Source: Candidatus Curtissbacteria bacterium RIFCSPLOWO2_02_41_11
GTDB lineage: Bacteria; Patescibacteriota; Microgenomatia; Curtissbacterales; GWA2-41-24
NCBI GenBank assembly: GCA_001775055.1
Contig: MFBU01000009.1
Span: 382 to 64,381, forward strand
DNA: 64,000 nucleotides
Direction: 5' to 3'
The position numbers and the translations under genes are program-made. Positions 8,223-17,324 of the stretch are shown here, one piece after another. Positions within the stretch are counted from its first letter, which is position 1. Every line of letters begins with the position of its first letter. A model generated the notes under the pieces. It made no database searches and was not told the DNA's origin. It worked only from the letters and a program-made list of their open reading frames with translations.

Positions 8223-9713
8223 ATGGATGTTAAAAATATAGAGACGGAGCTTTCAAAATTTATTTACGAACTGGAAACCGAAGATCGATTGGTTCGGGTT
8301 GGTTTAAAAGAAAAAGCCGAGACTTCAAAGATTTATAAGAAGTATCAAAATCTTTTTACTAGGGAAGTTCTTGACGGTCTTAAAAAACAAATTAATAAAA
8401 CCGGCAACGCCAAAACTCGTGAGATTTTACAGCGGATTTACTTTACAATAGCGGGCAGTTTTATTGGTCTTAAAACAGCAGTCTTGGATGACAGCATCAA
8501 AACTTACTTTTCACAAGCTAAAGTCAAGGTTAGAAATGAGGAACTTGCCTATTTCCAAATTAGTCCGAAAATAGCCAAAGAGCCAGTTTTTGATCAACGC
8601 GAACTATATAGTGATGCGATTGACTATGTAATAACCAAAATAAGCCCAAAACAGCTAGAACTTTTAAACACTGAAGTAAAACTTATCCAAAATTTGGGCT
8701 ATGGCAATTACCTTGCTTTTTATGCCAAAGCCAAGAAAATGGATTACGCAAACTTTAACAAGATAGCTGACAAAATTAAAAAAGAAACTGATAATCTTTG
8801 GCAGCGAACAATTGAGAAAGTGTCAAAAGAGATATTAGGAAGGTCCTTTAAAAATCTTCGATCTTGTCACATGGTTTATCTTAGATCACTTTCGATGTTT
8901 GATAACCTTTATCCGAAGGAAAAAGTCGTCTCGACCTTTTTGCAGTTTGCAAATGACCTGGGACTGGCCGATTTACTATCAAGGGTTAAAATTGATGATA
9001 AGGACAGACCGCGAAAGAATCCAAGGGCAGTTTGTTACTGGCCAAAGCCGCCGCAAGAAGTTCACTTGGTTATTAAACCAATTGGCGGCGAGCAGGATTT
9101 TGAAGCGATGTTTCATGAAGGCGGGCATGCGCTTCATGGAGCAGCGGTTGATACCAAACTTCCTTATGCTTTAAAAACACTTTCTCGCTCCGGAGCATTG
9201 ACCGAAACTTATGCTTTTATTCTTGAAGATTTAGTTTTTAATCCCCTATGGCTTTCAACATTTTTGAATGTTTCTGCAAATAGCGCCCAGCGTATTCAGA
9301 AACAGGCTTATTTTGTCAATTTGATGATGCTGAGGCGATACCTGGGCAAATTCTCATATGAATATGAGATGTTCTCGCAGAATGCAATTGCTAAGGGTCC
9401 GGCTCTCTATGCTAAAAATTTACAGAACTTAACAGGATTTATAACCAAAAAGATCTACTGGCTTTCTGACATGGATAGTGGTTTTTACAGTGCCGATTAT
9501 TTGCGGGCTTGGATTGGGGCGGCGCAGATTAAAGATTATTTGAAGCGCAAATTTGGTCAAAAATGGTTTTTAAACCCCAAAGCCGGCAAGTTTTTGCGAG
9601 GGTTATTTGCACGAGGTGTCAGCGATGAAGTTGAGGATGTGGTGAGAAAGCTTAGCTATAGACCTTTTGATATTTCCCTATTGGTTTCCGGCTATAAAAA
9701 AGTTTTGTCCTAA
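8223..9713 (+). CDS. M3/M32-family zinc metallopeptidase (oligoendopeptidase/carboxypeptidase-like)
   Basis: HExxH zinc motif in context MFHEGGHALHG. Size ~500 aa. Start moved to in-frame ATG 8223 (MDVKNIETEL); the track start 8196 is TTG. Confidence 0.6.
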   Translation: MDVKNIETELSKFIYELETEDRLVRVGLKEKAETSKIYKKYQNLFTREVLDGLKKQINKTGNAKTREILQRIYFTIAGSFIGLKTAVLDDSIKTYFSQAKVKVRNEELAYFQISPKIAKEPVFDQRELYSDAIDYVITKISPKQLELLNTEVKLIQNLGYGNYLAFYAKAKKMDYANFNKIADKIKKETDNLWQRTIEKVSKEILGRSFKNLRSCHMVYLRSLSMFDNLYPKEKVVSTFLQFANDLGLADLLSRVKIDDKDRPRKNPRAVCYWPKPPQEVHLVIKPIGGEQDFEAMFHEGGHALHGAAVDTKLPYALKTLSRSGALTETYAFILEDLVFNPLWLSTFLNVSANSAQRIQKQAYFVNLMMLRRYLGKFSYEYEMFSQNAIAKGPALYAKNLQNLTGFITKKIYWLSDMDSGFYSADYLRAWIGAAQIKDYLKRKFGQKWFLNPKAGKFLRGLFARGVSDEVEDVVRKLSYRPFDISLLVSGYKKVLS

Positions 9714-10153
9714 GCGGCGGTTTTAACAGTTACAAGATCGTTTTCAAACTCGCTGATTACGATTGGATTGCCTTTTTGAAAATCTTTGAGGGAGCGGTAA
9801 ATATGAATTGGTAATTCATTTGCTTGAGGGTAGAAAAAATACAAGAATGTCGGCAGTTCTTTGGCCACCTGTTCAAGAGTTAATTCTTTGCACTCAACCA
9901 CCATTTCCCAGGGCTTATCCGGTTCATCGATTTCTGGAATAGTTATTGCGGTTCTGGGAACGGCTTCTATAAAATGACAGTTTGCTCCTTCTCTATTCTG
10001 CATAATTCTTAAGGCAATTATTGCTGGTTTTGGCCATGAAGTGATGACTAGGTTGACTCGACCGATTCGAACGGATCTTTTAATGCCTTTGTCAATTTCT
10101 CTTCGCCAATTTGCAAATTCGGCCTCTGATGGTATAAGGCTTCTTCTTTCCAT
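9710..10153 (-). CDS. hypothetical protein (147 aa)
   Basis: ORF only; no motif recognised. Confidence 0.45.
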   Translation of the reverse strand: MERRSLIPSEAEFANWRREIDKGIKRSVRIGRVNLVITSWPKPAIIALRIMQNREGANCHFIEAVPRTAITIPEIDEPDKPWEMVVECKELTLEQVAKELPTFLYFFYPQANELPIHIYRSLKDFQKGNPIVISEFENDLVTVKTAA

Positions 10154-10201
10154 AGAGGAAGAATTTTAGCATATTTTGGAATAGATTACTATGGGTTGAT
10201 A

Positions 10202-10918
10202 TTAGGAGATCAGGGTGCCGATTTTTTGGCCGGAGACCGCTTTTTCGATATTGCCTTCTTTGCCCAAGTCAAAAACCAGAATCGGAATTTTGTGTTCCAT
10301 ACAAAGAGAAATTGCATTGTTATCAAGAACTTCAATTTGTTTGTCGGTAAGGGCTTGTTTAAAAGTCAGATTTTCTAATTTTTTAGCATCTTTATAAACT
10401 TTGGGATCTTTGTCATAGACAGCGTCGACTTTGGTGCCTTTTAAGATAATTTCGCATTTGGTTTCTAAGGCCCGAAGGGCAGCTGTGGTATCAGTAGTAA
10501 AAAAAGGATTGCCGGTGCCGCCGGCAAAAATAACCACTCTACCCTTTTCCAAATGGCGGATAGCCCGACGTCTGACATAAGGTTCGCAGACATCTTTAAC
10601 TTCAATTGCCGAAAGAACTCGGGTATCTTGCTTTTCTTTTTCCAAAGCCGCCTGCAGGGCCAGTGAATTCATGATGGTTGCCAGCATGCCGATATAATCC
10701 CCGACTGTGCGCTCAAGACCATGTTCGGCTGCCCGCTCGCCCCTGAAAATATTGCCGCCGCCGACAACTACCGCAATTTGGACGCCACTTTTAGTCGCCT
10801 TGATGATTTCGCGGGCCAGCCATTGGCAAAAGACTGGATCAATGCCGTATTCTCTTTTTCCCAGAAAAGTTTCACCGGAAAGTTTCAGAAGCACGCGTTT
10901 GTATTTAGGTTGGGCCAT
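10202..10918 (-). CDS. pyrH: UMP kinase
   Basis: KRVLLKLSGETFLGKREYGIDP...IAVVVGGGNIFRG matches PyrH. Confidence 0.9.
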   Translation of the reverse strand: MAQPKYKRVLLKLSGETFLGKREYGIDPVFCQWLAREIIKATKSGVQIAVVVGGGNIFRGERAAEHGLERTVGDYIGMLATIMNSLALQAALEKEKQDTRVLSAIEVKDVCEPYVRRRAIRHLEKGRVVIFAGGTGNPFFTTDTTAALRALETKCEIILKGTKVDAVYDKDPKVYKDAKKLENLTFKQALTDKQIEVLDNNAISLCMEHKIPILVFDLGKEGNIEKAVSGQKIGTLIS

Positions 10919-11100
10919 TTAAGGTTATTTTAGCAGTTTCACCCTGATCATGTCGACTTTACGTCAGTTGTTGGTGAAAATAGGATTTGGGACACAGAGT
11001 CGAAGACCCTGAGCGAGTGAAACGAGTCGAAGGGTCGCAGAATTTTGGGGATAGCTTCCCCACTTCTTGATTTTTACTTTGAGAGCGTCGTACAATTGTA

Positions 11101-11156
11101 ACTGACAACTGACAACTGACAACTGACAACTGACAACTGACAACTGACAACTGACA
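11101..11156 (+). repeat. 8 perfect tandem copies of heptamer ACTGACA ending 3 nt before the xerC-like ATG
   Basis: Counted directly: 56 nt = 8 x 7. Spurious ORFs 10959..11150 and 10964..11239 are artefacts of this tract. Confidence 0.9.
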
Positions 11157-11159
11157 AAA

Positions 11160-12095
11160 ATGGCTTTTGATCTGCCCTCTTTGATTGATGAGTTTTTAGA
11201 GTATTTAGAGATTGAGCGCAATCTCTCCCCTCTTACCATTCGCGATTACCGGCATTACTTAAATCATTTTGCTGATTGGTCAAAAAACCATTCTCCGATT
11301 TTGCGACCTCAGGATATAACAGTCGAGTTAATCCGCAAATATCGAGTGTATTTAGCCCATTACAACAGCCCGAACGGCCAATTACCTCTTAAAAAAGTCA
11401 CCCAGAATTATTATGTTATTGCCTTGCGGTCGTTTCTTAAATATTTAATAAGAAAAGATTTACCGGTGATATCGCCTGATAAAATTGAGCTTCCCAAAAC
11501 CGAAAGCCGTTCTTTGAAGTTTTTGGATCGGGATCAAGTTGATCGACTCTTGGTTCAACCGAATGTATCAAGCGAGCGAGGGATTCGTGATAAGGTTATC
11601 ATGGAGATGCTTTTTTCAACGGGACTTAGGGTTTCGGAATTGTGTCGGCTGAATCGGGACCAAGTTAATCTAGAGCGAGGTGAATTTGGAGTTGTCGGCA
11701 AAGGTCAACGCTTGCGGGTGGTTTTTCTTTCTGATAGGGCTAAAATTTGGCTGGAGAAGTATTTGGCAAGAAGAACGGATAGTTTTAAGCCGCTTTTTAT
11801 TCGGTATGCCGGTAATCAGGAACCTGTGGTTAATGGGGAGAAGATGAGATTGACTCCCCGATCTGTTCAGCGAATCATTGACAAATATGTGCGAAAAGCC
11901 CGTTTGCCGGTGAAGGCCACGCCCCATGTTCTTCGTCATTCATTTGCAACCGATCTTTTAATGAATGGAGCGGATTTAAGATCAGTGCAAGAGCTTTTGG
12001 GTCACAAGAATGTTTCTACCACCCAAATTTACACCCATGTAACAAATCAACAGTTGAGAGACGTACACAAGGCCTTTCATTCAGGGAATAAATAG
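11160..12095 (+). CDS. tyrosine site-specific recombinase XerC/XerD family
   Basis: N-terminal core-binding domain (FLEYLEIERNLSPLTIRDYRHYL) and C-terminal catalytic motifs (RHSFATDLLMNGADLRSVQELLGHKNVSTTQIYTHV). Confidence 0.88.
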   Translation: MAFDLPSLIDEFLEYLEIERNLSPLTIRDYRHYLNHFADWSKNHSPILRPQDITVELIRKYRVYLAHYNSPNGQLPLKKVTQNYYVIALRSFLKYLIRKDLPVISPDKIELPKTESRSLKFLDRDQVDRLLVQPNVSSERGIRDKVIMEMLFSTGLRVSELCRLNRDQVNLERGEFGVVGKGQRLRVVFLSDRAKIWLEKYLARRTDSFKPLFIRYAGNQEPVVNGEKMRLTPRSVQRIIDKYVRKARLPVKATPHVLRHSFATDLLMNGADLRSVQELLGHKNVSTTQIYTHVTNQQLRDVHKAFHSGNK

Positions 12096-12184
12096 GCAAA
12101 ATTATTTTTAAAACGTCAAAGTATTCTTGTTTGATGCCATTAAGATGAGTGACTGGTTGACTGTTGTTGCTGGGAAGTGGTTGG

Positions 12185-12817
12185 TCATTGTTTTTCAACG
12201 AGGACGAATTTGCCGGCAGTGAATACTATTTGCAGCTGACAAATTTCCAGTAGAGCGCGCATTTGAGTGACGTGATTAATTGGTTTTTCAATTGAATCAA
12301 GAAATATAAGGGCAGAAGCACCATGCAGGAGCAGCCTACTATAAATGGGAATAACTGATTGGCCTTGTATTTCAACTGAAGTCTGTCGGTCATAGTAGGC
12401 GGCTCCGCAAAGGTCTAGGATAAAGTGGTAACCTTGGACGAATAGTCCTTTCTCCCAACAAGTCTGAATAGGACCAATGATTAACCTGTCAATTCCACAG
12501 TCGGGATTTTTTGGAATGTGGCGTTCGGCAAGAGTAATTCCGGTGGTAGTGATTGGTTTACCAATTTTTGTTTCTAGTCTTTTGAATCCTTTTAAGGCAA
12601 GACCATAACCACAACCTCCTTCCAAAACCAGCAGAGCGGAGCTGTCTGGGAAGCGACTAGCTAAACCACGAAAATGTTCCTGGAAGTCAAAGCGGATTCC
12701 CTTTTGGGCAAGGCCAAGTTCAATTTCCCCTAAGGTCCGTGATTCAAACTCGCCGTTCAGACGAACAGCCCAGGGTTCTCGCTGATCAGTTGGTTGAAAT
12801 CTAACAATTTCGGTCAT
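12185..12817 (-). CDS. putative class I SAM-dependent methyltransferase-like protein
   Basis: Motif-I-like LVLEGGCGYGLAL followed by an acidic residue ~20 aa later (ITLAE). Weak assignment. Confidence 0.4.
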   Translation of the reverse strand: MTEIVRFQPTDQREPWAVRLNGEFESRTLGEIELGLAQKGIRFDFQEHFRGLASRFPDSSALLVLEGGCGYGLALKGFKRLETKIGKPITTTGITLAERHIPKNPDCGIDRLIIGPIQTCWEKGLFVQGYHFILDLCGAAYYDRQTSVEIQGQSVIPIYSRLLLHGASALIFLDSIEKPINHVTQMRALLEICQLQIVFTAGKFVLVEKQ

Positions 12818-12914
12818 TGCCCATCAAAAATGGCTGACCGTCTGGTATCAGCCAATTGTAATGTATGATAAACTAGATTATTCCCAAAATCAACTATGGG
12901 GTTAATTTCCCGAG

Positions 12915-15900
12915 TTAATTTTTGAAGGTTACATACTGATTCCAGGGAAGAATTTTGAGATCGGCGGGTTTTTTGAGGGAAATTGCCTTGACAAAAAGCT
13001 GAGCGGCTTGCATGTTGGCAAGTAGCGGTATGCCAAAGTCAATTGATGCTCGGCGGATTAAATAATCATCATCGAACTCTTTTTTAAAGTAAGGATCAAA
13101 GATATTGATGACCAGATCAATCTTTTTGGCCAAAAGAAAGTCCAGGACATTGGGTTTTTGATGTTCGTGAATTTTATAAAGTTTGGTAACATCAATACCG
13201 TGGTTTTTGAAAAATTGGGCGGTGCCGGCCGTGGCATAAATTTTAAGACCCATTTTAAAAAGAGTTTTGGCGGCTTCTTGGAATTTGATCTTGTTTTCTT
13301 CACCAGCCAGGGAGATAAAGACCGATTTTTTGGGTAAGGAGACACCGGTTGCTATTTGCGATTTTAAATAGGCCTCATAGATATCATCACCAAAACAGGC
13401 GACTTCACCGGTTGAGGCCATTTCGACTCGCAAAATCGGATCTGCGCCTTTGATACGGGCGAACGAAAACTGGGGAGCTTTGACCGCGACATAATCTGGT
13501 CTCTGGTCTCTGGTCTCTGGTCTCTGGTCAATGCCTAGTATTGCTTCGGTGGCTAATTTGGCAAAGTTGATGCCGGTGACTTTAGAGACAAAAGGAAGTG
13601 AGCGGCTGGCACGCAAATTGCACTCAATAACCATTACCCGGTTGTTTTCGGCCAAAAATTGGATGTTGAAAGGACCAGTGATGTTAAGTTCCCTAGCAAT
13701 TTTTTGGGCAATTTTTTTGATTTGTTCAATTGTTTGAGTGTAGAGCTTTTGGGCGGGCAAAACCATACTGGAGTCTCCGCTGTGTACGCCGGCATTTTCG
13801 ACGTGTTCTATGATCGCCTGACATAAAACTTTGCCGTTTTTGGCCACAGCATCGATTTCGATTTCTTTGGAATTTTGATGGAACTGAGAAATAACTACAG
13901 GGTATTCTGCGGAAACTTGTGAAGCAGCCAAAAGATAAGCTTCAAGGTCCTGCGGGTTAAAGGCCACATTCATGGCTGCTCCGGAAAGAACATATGATGG
14001 GCGTACTAAAACCGGATAGCCGATTTTTTGGGCAAAGACAATTGCCTCCCCGACATTTTTAAGTTTGGCCCAAACGGGTTGAGCGATATCAAGCTCGTCG
14101 CAAAGCTTGGAAAATTTGCTTCTGTCCTCTGCCCTATCGATTGAAGTGACTTTAGTTCCTAAAATTGCCAAGCCCCTTTGGGTAAGTTTGGTGGCCAGAT
14201 TGTTGGGGGTTTGGCCGCCCATGGAAACAATTAGGCCGCTCGGTTTTTCTTTGTGGTAAATTTCTGTGATTGTCTCTTCGGTTAATTCTTCAAAATAGAG
14301 TTTTTGGGCCATGTCAAAGTCGGTAGAAACAGTTTCGGGGTTACAGTTGATAATGATTGTCGAAAAATTGCAACTTTCGGCTGTTTGGGCACAAGTGACC
14401 GAACACCAGTCAAATTCGACAGAGGAACCAATGCGGTAAGGACCGGAGCCCAAGACGATAACCTTTGACATTTGACCTTTGACATTTGACCTTTGACTTA
14501 CAACATCATCTGATTCTCCATTGTAAGTCAGATAAAGGTAATTAGTCTCGGCCGGGTATTCGGCAGCTAAAGTGTCGATTTGTTTGACGGATGGATGAAT
14601 GTCGAATTTGTGTCGAAGTTGGCGGATTTTGTCTTTCGTTGAACCCGTTAAAGTTGTTAATCGTTTATCGGAAAACCCAAGTTGTTTGGCTAAAAGAAGA
14701 GCATCACGGCTATTAAAAGTATCAGGGGTACCATGAGTTTTTTGTTTTGAGACTTTGATACTTTTTTCAAAATCGCAGATATTCTTAAGTTTGTAAAGGA
14801 AGAATGGATCGATACCGGTGGCTTGGGCAATTTTTTCGACGGCAGTTTTTTGGCGGATAGCGCGGGCGATGGCAAAAATCCGCCAAGGGGTTGGTTTGGC
14901 CCAGGAAACCTTTGGTGCCTTTTCATCCAAAATTCCCTCAAAACCGATATCAAGCATACGCACGGCTTTTTGAATTGCCTCTTCAAATTTTCGACCGACA
15001 GCCATAACTTCGCCAACCGATTGCATCGAGGAGCCGATTTCTGTTTGGCTTTTTAAGAATTTGGCAAGATCCCATCTGGGGAACTTGACGACCAGATAAT
15101 CAAGAGCCGGTTCAAAGCAGGCAATGGTTTTTTTGGTAACCGAGTTTTGAAGATCGGTTAGTGAGTAGCCCAGCGCCAATTTGGCGGCAATATAGGCTAA
15201 GGGATAACCAGTGGCTTTGGAGGCCAATGCCGAGGAGCGGGAAAGACGGGCATTAACTTCGATGATGCGGTAGTCGAGGCTGGAAGTGAGAGATGAGAAG
15301 TGAGAAGCTGGATCCCACTTCGGATTTGGGTTCAGAGCGAATTGGATATTGCATTCGCCGACAATACCCAGGTGTCTAATGACTTTGATAGAAATCTCAC
15401 GAAGCTTGTGATATTCGAAGTTGTTAAGGGTTTGGGAAGGAGCAACGACGATTGATTCGCCCGTGTGGATGCCCATTGGGTCGATATTTTCCATGTTGCA
15501 AACAGTGATGCAGTTGTCAAATTTGTCTCTGACTACTTCATATTCAACCTCCTTCCACTTATCGAGATATTCCTCAATTAAGATTTGGCCAACTTTGGCA
15601 AGAGCCCGAGTGGCAATTTCCACAAGTTGTTTTCGATTTTGAGCCATACCGCTGTCTTGACCGCCTAGTGAAAAGCCGCCTCTTATCATTATCGGGTAGC
15701 CGATTGTGGTGGCGACAGCCAATGCTTGTTTGACGGTTTTAACTGCCTGACTTTGAGGGCACTTCAGGTTAATTTGATCTAAGGTGTTGACAAAAAGTTG
15801 TCGGTCTTCAGTCTTCTCGATTGTTTCAATGGATGTTCCTAATACTTCGACTTGGTATTTTTGAAAAATCCGATCCTTGGCCAGTAATAGACCGCAATTT

Positions 15901-16178
15901 AAGGCGGTTTGACCGCCAAAGGAAAGGATAATGCCGTCGGGTTTTTCTTTTTGGATGATTTTCTTAACGAAATAAGGTTCAATTGGCAAGAAATAAACGG
16001 TGTTGGCAAAGCCTTGAGAAGTCTGGATGGTGGCAATGTTGGGATTGACCAGAATGACTTTGATGCTTTCCTCTTTTAAGGCTTTAATGGCTTGTGAGCC
16101 GGAGTAATCGAATTCGCCGGCTTGGCCGATTTTGAGGGCTCCGGAGCCAAGAAGCAGAACTTTTTTGATTTTTTTCAT
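12915..16178 (-). CDS. carB: carbamoyl-phosphate synthase large subunit
   Basis: 1087 aa with duplicated ATP-grasp halves; N-terminus KKVLLLGSGALKIGQAGEFDYSGSQA. Contains in-frame heptamer-repeat-encoded insertions (RPETRDQ repeats; SQRSNVKGQM; HFSSLTSSL). Confidence 0.95.
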   Translation of the reverse strand: MKKIKKVLLLGSGALKIGQAGEFDYSGSQAIKALKEESIKVILVNPNIATIQTSQGFANTVYFLPIEPYFVKKIIQKEKPDGIILSFGGQTALNCGLLLAKDRIFQKYQVEVLGTSIETIEKTEDRQLFVNTLDQINLKCPQSQAVKTVKQALAVATTIGYPIMIRGGFSLGGQDSGMAQNRKQLVEIATRALAKVGQILIEEYLDKWKEVEYEVVRDKFDNCITVCNMENIDPMGIHTGESIVVAPSQTLNNFEYHKLREISIKVIRHLGIVGECNIQFALNPNPKWDPASHFSSLTSSLDYRIIEVNARLSRSSALASKATGYPLAYIAAKLALGYSLTDLQNSVTKKTIACFEPALDYLVVKFPRWDLAKFLKSQTEIGSSMQSVGEVMAVGRKFEEAIQKAVRMLDIGFEGILDEKAPKVSWAKPTPWRIFAIARAIRQKTAVEKIAQATGIDPFFLYKLKNICDFEKSIKVSKQKTHGTPDTFNSRDALLLAKQLGFSDKRLTTLTGSTKDKIRQLRHKFDIHPSVKQIDTLAAEYPAETNYLYLTYNGESDDVVSQRSNVKGQMSKVIVLGSGPYRIGSSVEFDWCSVTCAQTAESCNFSTIIINCNPETVSTDFDMAQKLYFEELTEETITEIYHKEKPSGLIVSMGGQTPNNLATKLTQRGLAILGTKVTSIDRAEDRSKFSKLCDELDIAQPVWAKLKNVGEAIVFAQKIGYPVLVRPSYVLSGAAMNVAFNPQDLEAYLLAASQVSAEYPVVISQFHQNSKEIEIDAVAKNGKVLCQAIIEHVENAGVHSGDSSMVLPAQKLYTQTIEQIKKIAQKIARELNITGPFNIQFLAENNRVMVIECNLRASRSLPFVSKVTGINFAKLATEAILGIDQRPETRDQRPDYVAVKAPQFSFARIKGADPILRVEMASTGEVACFGDDIYEAYLKSQIATGVSLPKKSVFISLAGEENKIKFQEAAKTLFKMGLKIYATAGTAQFFKNHGIDVTKLYKIHEHQKPNVLDFLLAKKIDLVINIFDPYFKKEFDDDYLIRRASIDFGIPLLANMQAAQLFVKAISLKKPADLKILPWNQYVTFKN
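13495..13529 (+). repeat. 5 tandem copies of heptamer TCTGGTC inside the carB coding sequence
   Basis: Counted directly; encodes QRPETRDQRPETRDQRP on the minus strand. Confidence 0.85.
14465..14499 (+). repeat. 5 tandem copies of heptamer TTTGAC[A/C/T] inside carB
   Basis: Counted directly; encodes the VVSQRSNVKGQM segment between the two CarB halves. Confidence 0.8.
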
Positions 16179-17242
16179 TTAAATTTCTCCATAAAGTAAT
16201 CAAACAGCCATTCGGTGTCGGTTGGGCCGGGAGTTGCCTCCGGATGAAATTGGACGGAGAAAAAAGGCAGCTTCTCATGAATAATCCCCTCATTGGTGTT
16301 GTCGTTAGCATTATAAAACCATCTTTTGAAACCATCAGGTAGTTTTTTTTCGTCAACCGCATAGCCGTGATTTTGGGTGGTGATGTAACAGCGTTTGGAG
16401 TTTACCTCGATTGTTGGTTGATTTTGGGCGCGATGACCGAATTTAAGTTTATAAGTGTTGCCACTGGCAGCAAGAGCTAAAAGTTGATTGCCCAGACAAA
16501 TGCCAAAAGTGGGGATTTTTTTATCTAGAGCTTTTTTAATAATAGCAATTGATTCTTTGGCCATTTTGGGGTCACCCGGGCCGTTGGAGATAACCAGACC
16601 GTCAATTGGTAGATTGTTTTCAAATGGATCATAATTCCATGGAAGTTCATAGACAGTAACCCCTCGAGAGAGAAAACTGCGAAGGATATTTCTTTTTGCA
16701 CCGCAGTTTAATAAGCCAATTTTTATACCTTTAAAGGAGTCTCCTTGAAATGGGGTGTGAATGATAGGTTTTGTTGGTGAGACTTTAGCAACGAGGTTTT
16801 CGGTATTGGGGTCCCAAAAATCGACATTTTGATTATCTGCGACTATTTTGCCAAGCATAACTCCCTTTTCTCGGAGTTTTTGAGTTAGGCGTCTGGTGTC
16901 GATACCAACAATTGCTGATATATTTTCTTTCTTTAACCACTGATCAAGCGTCATTTGGGATTGCCAGTGAGAAGGAATTATAGTCAGATCGCTGATGACA
17001 AGGCCGGCAACCTGGATTTTTTCGGATTCCCAATAATCTTTAGGTGGTACTCCCCAATTGCCAATTAAGGGATAGGTAAAAGTTAAAACTTGGCCGGCGT
17101 ACGATGGGTCAGTTAGGCTCATGTCATAGCCGACCATACCGGTGGCAAAAACCACCTCCCCGGCCACCGATCGTTTGGAGCCGGCAGCTTGACCATGGAA
17201 AATTGTTCCGTCTTCCAGGATTAATTTTGCTTTTTGCATCAT
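16175..17242 (-). CDS. carA: carbamoyl-phosphate synthase small subunit (glutamine amidotransferase)
   Basis: GICLGNQLLALA triad-Cys motif, VQFHPE. 4-nt ATGA overlap with carB. Confidence 0.93.
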   Translation of the reverse strand: MMQKAKLILEDGTIFHGQAAGSKRSVAGEVVFATGMVGYDMSLTDPSYAGQVLTFTYPLIGNWGVPPKDYWESEKIQVAGLVISDLTIIPSHWQSQMTLDQWLKKENISAIVGIDTRRLTQKLREKGVMLGKIVADNQNVDFWDPNTENLVAKVSPTKPIIHTPFQGDSFKGIKIGLLNCGAKRNILRSFLSRGVTVYELPWNYDPFENNLPIDGLVISNGPGDPKMAKESIAIIKKALDKKIPTFGICLGNQLLALAASGNTYKLKFGHRAQNQPTIEVNSKRCYITTQNHGYAVDEKKLPDGFKRWFYNANDNTNEGIIHEKLPFFSVQFHPEATPGPTDTEWLFDYFMEKFK

Positions 17243-17324
17243 TTTTCAAAAAAAAGAAGCCCCTCGGCTTCTTTTGTCGGATACTTTAGTTTTTGGCCTA
17301 TTGGCATTTCTTTAAGTTACAACC

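Noticed and set aside
10959-11239. Minus-strand ORFs 10959..11150 and 10964..11239 (translating to VSCQLSV repeats)
   Set aside because: They arise entirely from reading through the (ACTGACA)x8 tract and sit in the pyrH/xerC divergent spacer.
13495-15310. Possibility that the short tandem repeats are a CRISPR array
   Set aside because: Units are 7 nt with no unique spacers, and no cas genes are present. They do not fit CRISPR architecture (repeats 25-40 nt separated by unique spacers).
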